Positions 14,073 through 28,615 of a DNA stretch of 64,000 bases are shown one piece after another. Each line of letters opens with the position of its first letter. Position 1 is the first letter of the stretch. Source of the DNA: the human T2T-CHM13v2.0 reference genome, Homo sapiens; NCBI RefSeq assembly GCF_009914755.1, contig NC_060926.1. One strand, written 5' to 3'. The position numbers and the translations under genes are program-made. The notes under the pieces are model-generated. The model saw nothing but the letters and a program-made list of their open reading frames with translations, was not told the DNA's origin and did not search any database.

Positions 14073-15369
14073 CATTAATGGACTTATGCAATCTCCTTTC
14101 AATTTATGTGTGTGTGTATTTTTGCTCATAAAAAACACTGCAATGAACATCTTTTTGCATAATACCATGTCTGTATTTCAGGCTGGGAATATTCTCGAAG
14201 TGGAATTATAAGAACAAAGGACATAATGTATTTTAAACTTTTTCTGTATAAGACACCAGTCGTGCTACTGGGGCACGAAGCACATGCTGTATTTTAAGCC
14301 AGAGCATGAACCCAAGATCTATTTGCAAAGCAAATTTAAACCGTCCTTCAAGAGTAATATCTATTTTTAACCTCTGTCTAAGAGTAATCATGATATTCTA
14401 AAAAATCCTTTGTATTTGGTTACTATCAAATTCATTACCAGATTATGCAAATCTGAGATTATTCATTTTGATATTCACTGGGACTATTGGAAGATGTATT
14501 ACACTAACTGATTATAACAATGCTAAAAATATAGTTTTTTTGCTTCTGTCTTTTAAGAAATGATTTCTCTTTTTCCTTGCCACTTGCAAACCCCAATACT
14601 TCCTCACTCTTCCTTTTATTTTTTTCTCTCTTCCTTTTCTTCCATCCACTGTGACAAAGTGTGGACCCCCAAGGGCCAAAGACATTTGGTTGCGTTCTGA
14701 CTAACAGAAAGTTTGGTATTATTTCACAAAAGAGATACAAATAGATCTTTACTGTAAAACAGATTAGCATTCTGTGGGGCTCTGGATGACAGCTTTCTTT
14801 TTTTCCCTTTGCTTTTCCTTTCCATCCCCAGCAAAGTGAACCCACAAAATTGTCCTCTGCTTCATTCTCATCTCTTCCCAGCAGAGCTGCAGGACTTGTA
14901 GTTGCATGCAGAATAATTATTTTGCCCAGTAAAATTTCCAAAAGATGCATCCTCCATATTGCAGAAAAGTCATTCATCTACTCATTCTTTCCGGAATGTT
15001 TAGTATGTGTGTGTTATCAGCCAGGGCCCATGCCTGGCACTGGAGAGACGGATAGGAAAGATCAGTCCCTACCCTCAGGGAGCCTGCAACCTTGTGGGAA
15101 GTGGGTAAGGCTCATAGTTAAGAATTACCTCAAATGAGGCAGCATGCTGTCAGAGGGCTGACAGCAGGGTGAGAGGAGGAGGAGGAGGCTCCTGCGGAAG
15201 GTCCCCGAGGCTGCGCCATACACAGAGACAGTAATGCATTCCTGTTCTTTGATATCTGGCCACATGCATTTCTGTGCCACACTGTTGGTGGCACACATCC
15301 TTACCACTTCATTCAGAAGCCCAGCTCCGAGTTCTCTGATCAAAACTTTGCAGCGTACACTTGAAGGAG

Positions 15370-15550
15370 CACAGGTTTGGAGCCAGAAAGTTGTGGGTTG
15401 GAAGTTCAGCTCTGCCGTTTTCTTGCCCTGTGATCTCAAACAATTAATTAAATTCTTAGTGCCTCAGTTTCCCCCTCTGTAAAATGGGACTAAGGAGGCT
15501 GATGCATACAGAGCACTTTGCACTGTGCCTGGAACCTGAAGCCCTCATTA
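15370..15550 (+). mobile_element. MIR
   Basis: gtgcctcagtttccccctctgtaaaatggg core. Confidence 0.7.
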
Positions 15551-15699
15551 TGGGACATGATCACAATGCTGCTTAGTGTAATCGTGCCATGTTGTACCCT
15601 GGGCTGCTTTTCAAAGGCTGCGTGTCTGCGAACACTGCCAAAGGGCTGGAGGGGCAACACGTAAACCCCGCCCTCTGTGAACCGGTGGCCTCTCTGGCC

Positions 15700-16250
15700 A
15701 CGGAAGCAGACAGGTCATTTAAAAAATGTAATTTTCGCATTGACATTCTTCATGCTAAGTCCGAGGGCAGGCATGTCCCTTCTGCTCAGGGAGAGCTCGG
15801 GGCAGTAACCCAGAAAGAAGAGGCAGCCCTCACTTTGCCATTCTGCGCCTGGGCTGCTGACAAAAGAATTGTGCAAATGAACCTTTAAATCCGTAAATAG
15901 TGCCCCCACAATGCCGGGAAGAATGCAGCGGCGACAAAGGGCAATATTCACAGTTTATCTCAGGGTGATGGATCTGAATGGACGCATGAACACGGGTTTG
16001 TTAGAGAAAGAGCCGGCCACAGCCCCCCGCCGGGAACCCAGTGGCCGCAGTCTGCAGTGCAAACAGTCAGTCTAAATCCTGAACAATTAGGGGAAACCAA
16101 GCTGCCATTATCTGAACTTCAACTTGTTCTCATGATTGATATGGGAAATGAAAAGTTGTACACGGCTCGGGGACGGCTCTCCTCGCCCTCACTGCACGCG
16201 GGGCCTCGGAGAAGGTGCATAATGTATATTTCATACACACGACATTAGTG
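15700..16250. promoter_or_regulatory. Candidate enhancer / conserved non-coding-like block
   Basis: Repeat-free with locally retained CpGs. Contains octamer-like gtgcaaat and SOX/TCF-like acaatg and acaaagg. Conservation not tested. Confidence 0.4.
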
Positions 16251-17729
16251 GCCTGTGTGCCACCCAGGTTAGCACAGGGATGAGGGCAGCTCTGAGCATC
16301 AGATTGTCCCCAGGTCATTTTCTTTGTATGGTACTGGTCTCTGACCAGTCAAATTTCCCTCTTCTATCTGAGTTTTCTGAAAAAAAAATCTCACCTGATA
16401 ACCTCAGTAAAAACTATCAAACTTTGTTCTTGGATGAGACAGGAGTATTTCTTTGTAAGCGAAAACTGCATTAGATATTAGCTTGGCCTCACATTAGATA
16501 CGGCCTTGGTCCAGTCAGCTAATCCGTCTGCACCTCGGTTTTGTCAGCTATAAAATGGGGATGGAGCCTACTCCTCATAGACATATGTGACTTAATTAGT
16601 TTGGCCCCTGGCAAATGCTGGGTACTCAATAGAAAAAAAGAGCCATATTCCCTCATCCAGTATCTTAGAGACTGAGCATTTTCTAAGCACCAAGCACTGC
16701 TGGGTGACGAGGGTGGAGCAACTCTGCTTTTGCAGGGCACGCACTGGGGCTTCTGAGCAAGAAGAGACAGACCGGCGCTCCACAGACTGTTGTAAGCTTT
16801 TCGGTGTCAGGGGCTGTGGCTTAGTCACTGTGGAGTCTCTAATTTCTGGGCTCAGAGGAGCAGCTTGATCAAGTGCTTGTTTAATGGAAGTGAGGCATGT
16901 ACTGTGGGGCAGAGGTGTGGTGCAAGCTGAATGAAGCCTTCCCATGGGCCTTGAAGGATGTTGGGATTTGAGAGGTTGATATGCAGGAGAGGACATTATT
17001 CCAAGCTGAAGCCACAGCACCACGAAGCTGGGAGACTGTGCTGCAGAGAATCCTTTGGCTGGAGTGTGGGGTTCGTGGAAGGGAAAGATAGGAGTTGAGG
17101 CTGGAAAAACAGGCCAATCATCGGGGGTCTAGAAAGCGAAGATGAAGAGTTTGCCTTTCACCCTGTAAGCAATAGGGAGAGATGAAATGTTCTGGAGCAA
17201 GGGAGTGCCATTTGACTCAAGCTGGCTTGCCTGGGGGCAGTGCAGTGGGGCGGGAGTGGCCTGCAAAAGGCAGGGTCAGCAAGGTCTGTGACTCATGGAT
17301 GTGGGGAGAGAGAGGTCAAAGGTGACTAAGGTTGTGCGCCTTTGGTTCCTTCTGCACCAATTCATTAATTAATGAAACTCCTCTTACTCCTTTCCATCAG
17401 AAAGGAATGTGAGCATTCCACACACTAGCTCTTCAGTTGCCAGGAAATTATATAATCAATCCATTAATTAATCACACACACACATATACTTTCAGGGTGG
17501 GAAGCCGAGGGTATGTACTTTTCATTATCATTCAATTTTTGCAGCAGACTCATGCAGGAATCACTCTCGCTTACATTTCACAGAGAGGGGAAACTGAGGC
17601 CCTGCTATTCTCACTTCTGTTTTCGCAGATAGGTAAACTGAGGCCTGGGATAATTAAATGACTGATCGGCCCAAGCCTGAGCTGGGATTTGAACCAGGTT
17701 CTGTGTGATGACAAAGCCATTCACTGTGC

Positions 17730-18480
17730 TTTACGCTAAAGCGCCTCTGGTGAGGCTGGCCTGGAGGCATGCATAGATTGCACAAAAAGACCTGCACTGG
17801 GGCCACCACAGCTGAAACAGAGACTTCCAAGAACCCTCTTCAAAGCAGCCAGAGGCATTCAGCACTGCTCGGCATTCAGGCTGGAAGTATTTCCCCATTG
17901 TCTCCACCATCAGAGGTAAGTGACATCTTGAACGCCTCAAGAAGATTAAATAGCCCGGCTCCGTCGGAAAGCTTAAAAAAAAAAAAGACTGAGAGGGAGA
18001 GAGAGAGAGAAGAAAGGGGCCAAGTTGGCCATTATGGAGCTGGTCCTTTTTTGTCGGTGAAAGCGCTTTCAAGGAGCACCATTGGAAGAAGCGGCCCAGA
18101 TAAGAAGACAATGACAGGAGCGGGAGAACTCCGAGAGGAACCCGGGGCTGGGCGCCGTGAATGCGGATTACTGCGGCTGGGGGCCGCCAAAGAAAAGGGG
18201 AATCCTGGTCAGGATGAAAATGAGGAATTACTTTTTTTCCCTTCCCCTCTGAGACTCCAGTTCACTGCGCAGCAACAATGCATGATGGGGGGCACTTGAC
18301 ATGCCCCTCTTCCAGGCCATGTTGGCGCCCCATGTGGGGCTCCCGGGGAACAAGGGCGGTGCAAACCCAAACAAAGCCGATTTTAACCCAATAAACTCAC
18401 CCCACATTCTCCAATAGAAACGATGAAAGCTTGGGCTGCTGAATATCTGCCCACTACCCAAACACACGGGACAAATAAGA
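17730..18480. promoter_or_regulatory. CpG-retaining candidate enhancer/promoter block
   Basis: Repeat-free with many CpGs, SOX-like cattgt/acaatg sites, a GATA site (agataag) and a 14-bp palindrome at 18058-18071. Confidence 0.45.
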
Positions 18481-19536
18481 AGTTTGGATTTGCAGATGTT
18501 TGAACATATGTAAACTTCATCTTCTATAAAATAATTCCTTCCTTCCTTCCTTCTTTCCTTTTAAAGTTTATTTACTTCCGTTTTTTTCTTTCTTTTCTCT
18601 CTCTCTCTTTTTTTCTTTCTTTCTAGGCTTTTGATGAGAGGAATACCAGGGGCTTTGGCAGCACTATTTGCAACTTTCTTGAAACAGCTTGTAGAATTCT
18701 AGTAGGTGATTAAGGTGGGATCCCCTGAGCAGGAAGAGATCGAATTTGCTCACTTCCTGGGAACATATGAAAAACCATACACTTTTAAAATGTAGTTTGT
18801 CTGAAGCTACCTCTGAATCAAGACCTTGTACACTCAACATGTACTTACGTCCAAAGAGATGAGGTGGTGAGAGAGCGTTAGACTCTGTCAGGGGCTCTGG
18901 GTTCAAGTCTGCCAACAACTTCCTGGTGGTTTTGGAAGAATCACTTTGATACTCAGTTTCAGGTCTCCTACACGGCCTTGAGTGCCTTGTTTCCCGGATA
19001 ATGTAGTTAGTTGACACCTTGTGGATGACGCAGTTCACACAATGGATTTTCTACATCTCCATCTTGTATGGCATACAGTAGGTGCTTCATAAATACACGT
19101 GTGAATGAATTCTGCTTGATCCTGCCTCCCCACAAGAAAATTGAGTAAAATAATCATTGCAAAATTGGTTTTCAAACTGTAAGTGCATTTTTTCAAATGT
19201 GAGATATCATGTTTATTTTTCTATTTTTATGTGAAAGTAATTTTAAAAATATTTAGTAATGAGGATTTATAGAGCCCAAGTCCTTGTATGAAATTGAGCC
19301 CAGTGAAAATTAAAAGTAATTTTCATTTACAGAGTCATTAATGGTTTTAAAATCTCATACTATCTTAAATATAAGCACGTGGCAGGTGTTGAAATAAGAA
19401 ATGCAGTGGCAACCTAAGTGATGAACGTGGGAAATCCTCATCTCTCTACAGACCTATGCAGGTATACAGGCATTTGGTGTCTCATGCATCCCGGAATAAT
19501 ATCAGCTTTTATATCTAGTTTTCACTTGTCTTTTTA

Positions 19537-19994
<458 letters not shown>

Positions 19995-22176
19995 TTAAGA
20001 TCATGGAGGAAAGACAGTTGGGCAACTTCATGTGAAGCACGTTTCCCTCACTTCAGAATCCCTCCCTCTTGGAAGTGAACACAAGGACTTGGATGGTTCA
20101 GCTTCACTCTGAGGGTCCCTTGCCAGGAATGTCTGTCCTTCCCAGGTAGAGGAGAACAGCCTCACAGCTGCTCCGGGAGGCCCTGGATTTGCTCTCACAG
20201 GAATTCAAGGCTGGGATCCTCCTGAAACAGGCAACCATGTGGCTAGGGGAAGGGGAAATGAGCTGTATCAGAACCAGCATCTCATTGCACCCCTCTAGCT
20301 GAGGCCCTGAGTGGGAGACCCAGAACTACTTTGGGCTCGGTTTCCTAGGATAAGAATACCAATGCCTCAGGAGAGGACAAGTGAGCTGGTGTTTCTGAAA
20401 GCTCTGCGGAGTGCTCACTAAAACAAGAGCGACGTGTGGAACAGGCGGTGTGGCTATCTCATCCTCAGCACAAGTGCTCATGCATGGTGTCTGTGGATCT
20501 GAATCTGGCCCCACCACTTAACTAGGTACTGAGTCTCCTGTGCCCCAGTCTCTTCAACTGTGCAGTGAGCTACTAACAGCATTCTCTTCACGACTGCAGG
20601 AAGGGTGTAGAGATAACACAAGTAAGGATCTTAGTAGAGTGCCTGGCACCCTCAACATGAATGTTAGTCATTTAAAAAAATTCCTTGACCAAGTAGTAAG
20701 GAGGAAAGTGGGAGAAAGGGCAGTATCCAGGAGAGAAGATTAGCTGAAAAAAATGGACTTCTCTCAGTTGAGATCTCCTAAAGAAGACTTTCCCAAGGAT
20801 GCTCAGGATTTCATTGGCTCTCAAATGCTGCTGCAAGGGGAAATAGAGTATCTCATCTTCCCCGGCTCCCACCCCATGCTCTAGAATTGTAGGTGGAATC
20901 ACTGAAGAAAGAAGGACTTTGTGCCCATTCCTGACTCAGATGAGGTGGGTCTAGGCTGTACGAGCGTTGGGAGAGGACAAGAAGAGGGAGGATCATCTCT
21001 ATTAAAATTTTAAAATGTTTCACTAGGTTTGTTTTGAAAATTCCTTTCCCTTTGATATTCAGCATGTTTAGCTGTTGGCTTTCCCTAGGTTAGGCAGTGG
21101 AGACAAACACTGCCCCTCCCTAAATCCCAAGAGCTCACACCAGCTAAGACTCATTGCTCACTCATATTTACTGTGGGCAACAGGTTTGCTAGAATTCTAC
21201 TTTGCTCCATGTATCTTTAAAAAAAAGCTTTCTGCTTTTTTTGTTGACCAAATTTTACAATGGTAAAAATATTAATCTTACAACCAGGAGGTATTGAGCA
21301 CTTGTTATGTAGAAATCAACCTTGAGTTTCAAATGTTGCCGCCACTGGTGAAACTTCTCATGGGAAACTCCTATTACAGTTGATGTTCCAGGTGACATGT
21401 TAAATAGCAAGAACCAATCTACTGTGCTTCCAGATTACTATATTTTACACTAAGTACACTACCTACAAATTAAATAAAATGGAAGCAGTTAACTTATAAG
21501 ATTCATATTTTATACTCTACACTTCTAACATATTATACTAACAATTATAGCCTATCATGTTTCTAATTGAGCCATTGTATAATCTCTTAATAGAATAATA
21601 CTAAAAAGACACAATAAACACACATTTTTGTGGAGAGAGACAAAAAACATCTTGCAGTTGTCCTGGATCTTCAAAGTGGACACAATGGAAGGTGGATCAA
21701 CTTGGATGGGGAGCCGCTTCTGTTTCCAGGTGGTGTGGACACAAGATGGAAGCTAGCAGCTGCTGCTGAGGTGTTGCTGGTTGCCATGGGATCCTAGTGC
21801 CAGGCCAGAAAGGACCCTTTGTAGAGGAAACTTTGGGGGATCTTTGTCTTTGCTATTAGAAGAAGGGGAAGCACTGGTTGTCCTTATCTGAGGAACTTCT
21901 CTCTGGAACCTCATGGAAGATCAGAACCCGGCTGCTCCCCTCGCATGTAAGGTGGTTGAATCAAGAGCAGCAGTTGAGCTTCTGCCTGTACAAGGAGCAC
22001 CATGACAAGCTGAGAACCTGCTTGTTGAGAGACCTCAAAGGGTGGCAAGTGGTCAGCACTGGGCACCAGACCACGTGTTCCACATCACAGCCTGATGCTG
22101 TCCTTTACCAGGGATCTCGCCATGGCAAGTAGTGTGTAGTGTGCCCTTGGGCCTCTGCCAAATGCCTCATTGGTAA

Positions 22177-22900
<724 letters not shown>

Positions 22901-23581
22901 TATTTTCTTTTCTTATGTTATTGTGGTTTTTCAGCTAACAAAGCTCTCATCCCAAAATCATGAACTTTTCTTTCTTGGGAAATAAGAAGGTTTTCATAAT
23001 AGTTATTCTTCCAAATTTTTCTGAAATAATGTTGGCTTGAATTTTATAGGTACATAACTCTTCAGATGCATTCTAATGTTTTCTTCTGCATTGGAAAGAT
23101 TCTTTTTTATTTTTACAGGGCAAATTCTCTATAGATTGGATATGGGGTAAACATTTCTTTTTCTCAATGAGATTTAGAAAGAAACAGATGTTTTTGCAGG
23201 AGCTTTTGTGACTCCTTTTCTGACTGTTTACTGGCTGCACTGAAGCTTTCTTGGTTTGGGACTTTGCATGTGCTCTTTAAGTGCATTGATTATTTTGGTT
23301 TCTTTAGTTAATTTCATGTACATTTTGTTTATTTTGTTTTGCAGAGTTTAAAAATAAGTATATATACTCCACCCCATAAATTAGTTCCTTCGAAACACTT
23401 CTGGAATTATCTTGTAAGAGATCACCATTAGATGCCATTCATATATTCAATTCCAGGTTCTCATGATCTGTGTTGTCTTGCTCAAGAACAGCAGCCCATT
23501 TGTTTATCACTAGCAAGTGTTCACTTAGAATCTTGACATGATTCTTTTTGTTAAGAACTTGCTCCACAGGCAGTCTAGAGA

Positions 23582-23935
<354 letters not shown>

Positions 23936-24980
23936 TAGTAACTTTGTTCACTCCATTTTTGAGATTCTTGTGAAAGCAGCTTCATGCGTCTTTGAAGACT
24001 GGAATTTTCCTCCAAAGTCTCTGTTAGTGCTCCTGAAGCTGTTCTCCATACTTCTGAGGGATTTTGAAGAATGTTTTGCTTGTAGCCACTTGTTAGATTT
24101 GCTTAGTTGAGTCTTCTAAGGACTGGGACTTGCTTGTAATCTCAGTCATCAGCTGAACTTCCTGTAAACATGTAGATTTCTGTTCTTTTTCATGTTTCTC
24201 TGTAATAATCTATTCTAAGACCAAGTAGAGAGTTAGAGCTTTCCAACTCTTTATTCGTGGTTTTCACATTTGCTATTTATGATAGTTTGTTCTTGAGTCT
24301 GACATCTAGGATAGTGGATTTAAGGTCTCCAAATTCTCTTGCAATGTGGCAAAACCTTTCAAAAATATGATGCCTTTCTTTTGAAAGGACAGAGACTCCA
24401 GTGGCCAGTTCTTTGTCTCCCCTAGCATAGAAACTCAAAGTTTTAAGCATAGGAACTCCCACTATGATGATAAAAGCTGTCATCTCCCATACAGCCTCCT
24501 TGGGGATGCTGCATTGTCTGGCATAGAGTCTCCAGGCCAAGCATCACACAGAGGATCAAGGCCAAAGAGGATCCTCTGGGGCTCTCAAGATCTCTGCCAT
24601 ATCTCCTCCGGTTGCCAGGACCCTGCTGGCCATAACAGATGTCAGAGCTAGCTCCATGGTGAGCACACTGTGCAGGACCCCCTCAGTCCTGGCACTAGGG
24701 ATGACTTCAGTGGAGGTGAGGGAGGAGACACGAAAAACAGTGTCCCCCGCCTTCCCATATCCTGACTCACAGGACAGTGATCATATCACATGACCTTAGG
24801 GATACATTCTAGGTTTGGCAGGCCAGAGGGAATGGCAGGTGGCTCCAGCCATCTTTGGCCTTTGGCTCTGAGAAATAAAAAAAGACTGATATGTTTTCAC
24901 ACCAGTAATCATTCTGGGTCTTCACTGCTCCTCTTTCTCATCTCTCCTTTTTAAAATTGAGATGACATTCTATAATATAT

Positions 24981-25122
24981 GGCCAGGTGCAGTGGCTCAC
25001 ATCTGTAATCCCAGCATTTTGGGAGTCTGAGGTGGGAGAACCTTCAGGCCAGGAGTTCAAGACCAACCTGGGCAACATAGTGAGACCCTGTCTCTACATA
25101 AAAAAAATAAAAAATAAAAAAA
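24981..25122 (+). mobile_element. Free left Alu monomer (FLAM-like)
   Basis: Left monomer followed directly by an A-tail. Confidence 0.85.
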
Positions 25123-25695
25123 GACATTTATATAACATAATGTTATATTATATATATGTTAAATATTAAAGTGAACAATGTAGTGGCATTTAATACATTC
25201 ACGGTGCTGTACAACCACCACCTCCATCTAGTTGGAGAACATTTTCATCATAACAAAAGAAAAACCCCAAACCCATTAATAGTTGATCCCTATTCCCCTC
25301 TTCCCTCACCCCCTGGCAGCCACTGATCTGTGATCTGTCTCTGTGGATTTCCCTATTCTGAATATTTCACATAAAAGAAATCATACAATACATGATCTTC
25401 TGTGTTTGGCTTCTTTCATTTAACATTAGTTTTGAGATTCATTCACTTTGTAGCCCATATCAGCACTTCCTTTCTTTTATGGCTAAATAATACTCCATTA
25501 CATGTGTATTATTTGTTTATCCATCCATTCATTGGTGAACATACCTGCTGTTTCTACCTTTTGGCTATTCTAAATAGTGCTGCTATAAGCATGTGTGTAT
25601 ATGTATTTGTTTTAGTACTAGTTTTTAATATTTGGACCAGGGATGTCCTGGTGGAACTGCTGGGTCATAGGATAATTCTACATTAATTTTTTTGA

Positions 25696-26124
<429 letters not shown>

Positions 26125-26321
26125 TAATTACAGCCATCCTAGTGAATGTGAAGTAGTATCTCACTGAGGTTTTGATTTGCATTTTTCTATGACAATGAAC
26201 AATGTTTCATGTGCTTGTTGGCTGTTTGTATATCCTTTTTGGAGAAATACCAATTCATGTCCTTTGCCCATTTTTAAAGTGGATTGCATGTCTTTTTGTT
26301 GTTTAGTTGTAAAGATGTGGG

Positions 26322-26611
26322 TTTTTCTTTTGAGACGGAGTCTCGCTGTCGCCTAGGCTGGAGTGCAGAGGCATGATCTCGGCTGACTGCAATCCCCACC
26401 TCCTGGCATCAAGAAGTTCTCCTGCCTCAGCCTTCCAAGTAGCTGGGTTTACAGATGCCCACCACCATGCCTGGCTGGTTTTTGTATTTTTAGTAGACAC
26501 GGGGTTTTACCATGTTGGCCGGGCTGGTCTGGAACTCCTAACCTTAAGTGATCTACCTGTCTCTGCCTCTCAAAGTGCTGGGATTGCAGGCATAAGCCGC
26601 CATGCCCGGCC
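26322..26611 (-). mobile_element. AluS
   Basis: Full Alu, reverse orientation. Confidence 0.9.
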
Positions 26612-27349
26612 CAAAGTTTCTTTATATGTGCTGGATACTAGGCCCGTAACAGATATACAATTTGTAAATATTTTCTCTCATTTTGAAGATTTTCTTTTCA
26701 CTTTCTTGATAATGTCCTTTGTGTATTTTTTGATAATGTCCTTTGATACACAAAAGTTTTTAAGTTTGATGAAGTTCAATTTACCTATTATTTTCTTTTG
26801 TTGTTCATTCATTTTGTGTCCTATGTAGGAATCTATTGCCAAATTCAAGGTGATAAAGATTTACCCCTATGTTTCCTTCTAAGAGTTTTATTGTTTTAGC
26901 CCTGATATTTAGCTAAACTTAATTGATTTATTAAGTTTAATTTTCCTATGTGGTATGAAGTCATTTATCTTCTTTAGTTCAGGATCCAAGTGAAAGGGGC
27001 ATCTTCTATCTGGGACATGCCATTCTCATGACAGAGGAAAAAGACAAAAAACTGACACATACAATGACTTTAAAACTTCACTCAGAGGTGGTATATAGTG
27101 TATCTGCTCTCACTGCACTGGCAAAGTCTGAGGTCAATGAGGCATTGGCTATTCTCCTCCCTAAGGGAATTATTGAAACCCCCCCAGGCAATGGCAAGAA
27201 TGAAACATCTCTTACAGGGGAGAGAGAAACAGATATTTGGGAACAATAATAAAATCTACTATAGATGCCCTAGAAATTATAAAACATGGATCAGAAAACT
27301 AGAATTCAGAGTACAAATATCTACAGGGAACTTTTGAACATTGCACATC

Positions 27350-27625
27350 TAGCTCTATAATCCATTTTCTGAAACTGCTGGGGTCAGATGGCTTCGTAGT
27401 TCAATTTTTTTTTTTTATTTTTAGAAGAGAAATATAGTCCATACGTATAATATACCGTATAACACTCCCAGCGGGATCCAGGCCAGTATCTTGTAATTAA
27501 TACATTATTATTTTTTGCAGTAAAACAGACAACTCTCTACTAAGTAAAATTTTGCTGCTAAAATTGTAAAAGTACATTTAGATCAAGTCAGATCTTGCTG
27601 CCAAATAAGCTTAAAAAGCAACAAA
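27350..27625. mobile_element. TcMar-Tigger-type relic (MER46C-like)
   Basis: tataccgtataacactcccagcggg... and gtcagatcttgctgccaaat motifs resemble the recalled consensus. Confidence 0.45.
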
Positions 27626-27645
27626 AAAAATTCTTCTTCCCCTGA

Positions 27646-28615
<970 letters not shown>

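Noticed and set aside
17769-18299. 176-aa unspliced ORF
   Set aside because: It runs through a poly-A and (GA)n run and resembles no protein I know. Only the spliced variant is kept, as a weak candidate.
24277-24540. 87-aa ORF as a functional membrane microprotein
   Set aside because: It starts at a non-ATG codon and is a residual open stretch of the CTAGE pseudogene.
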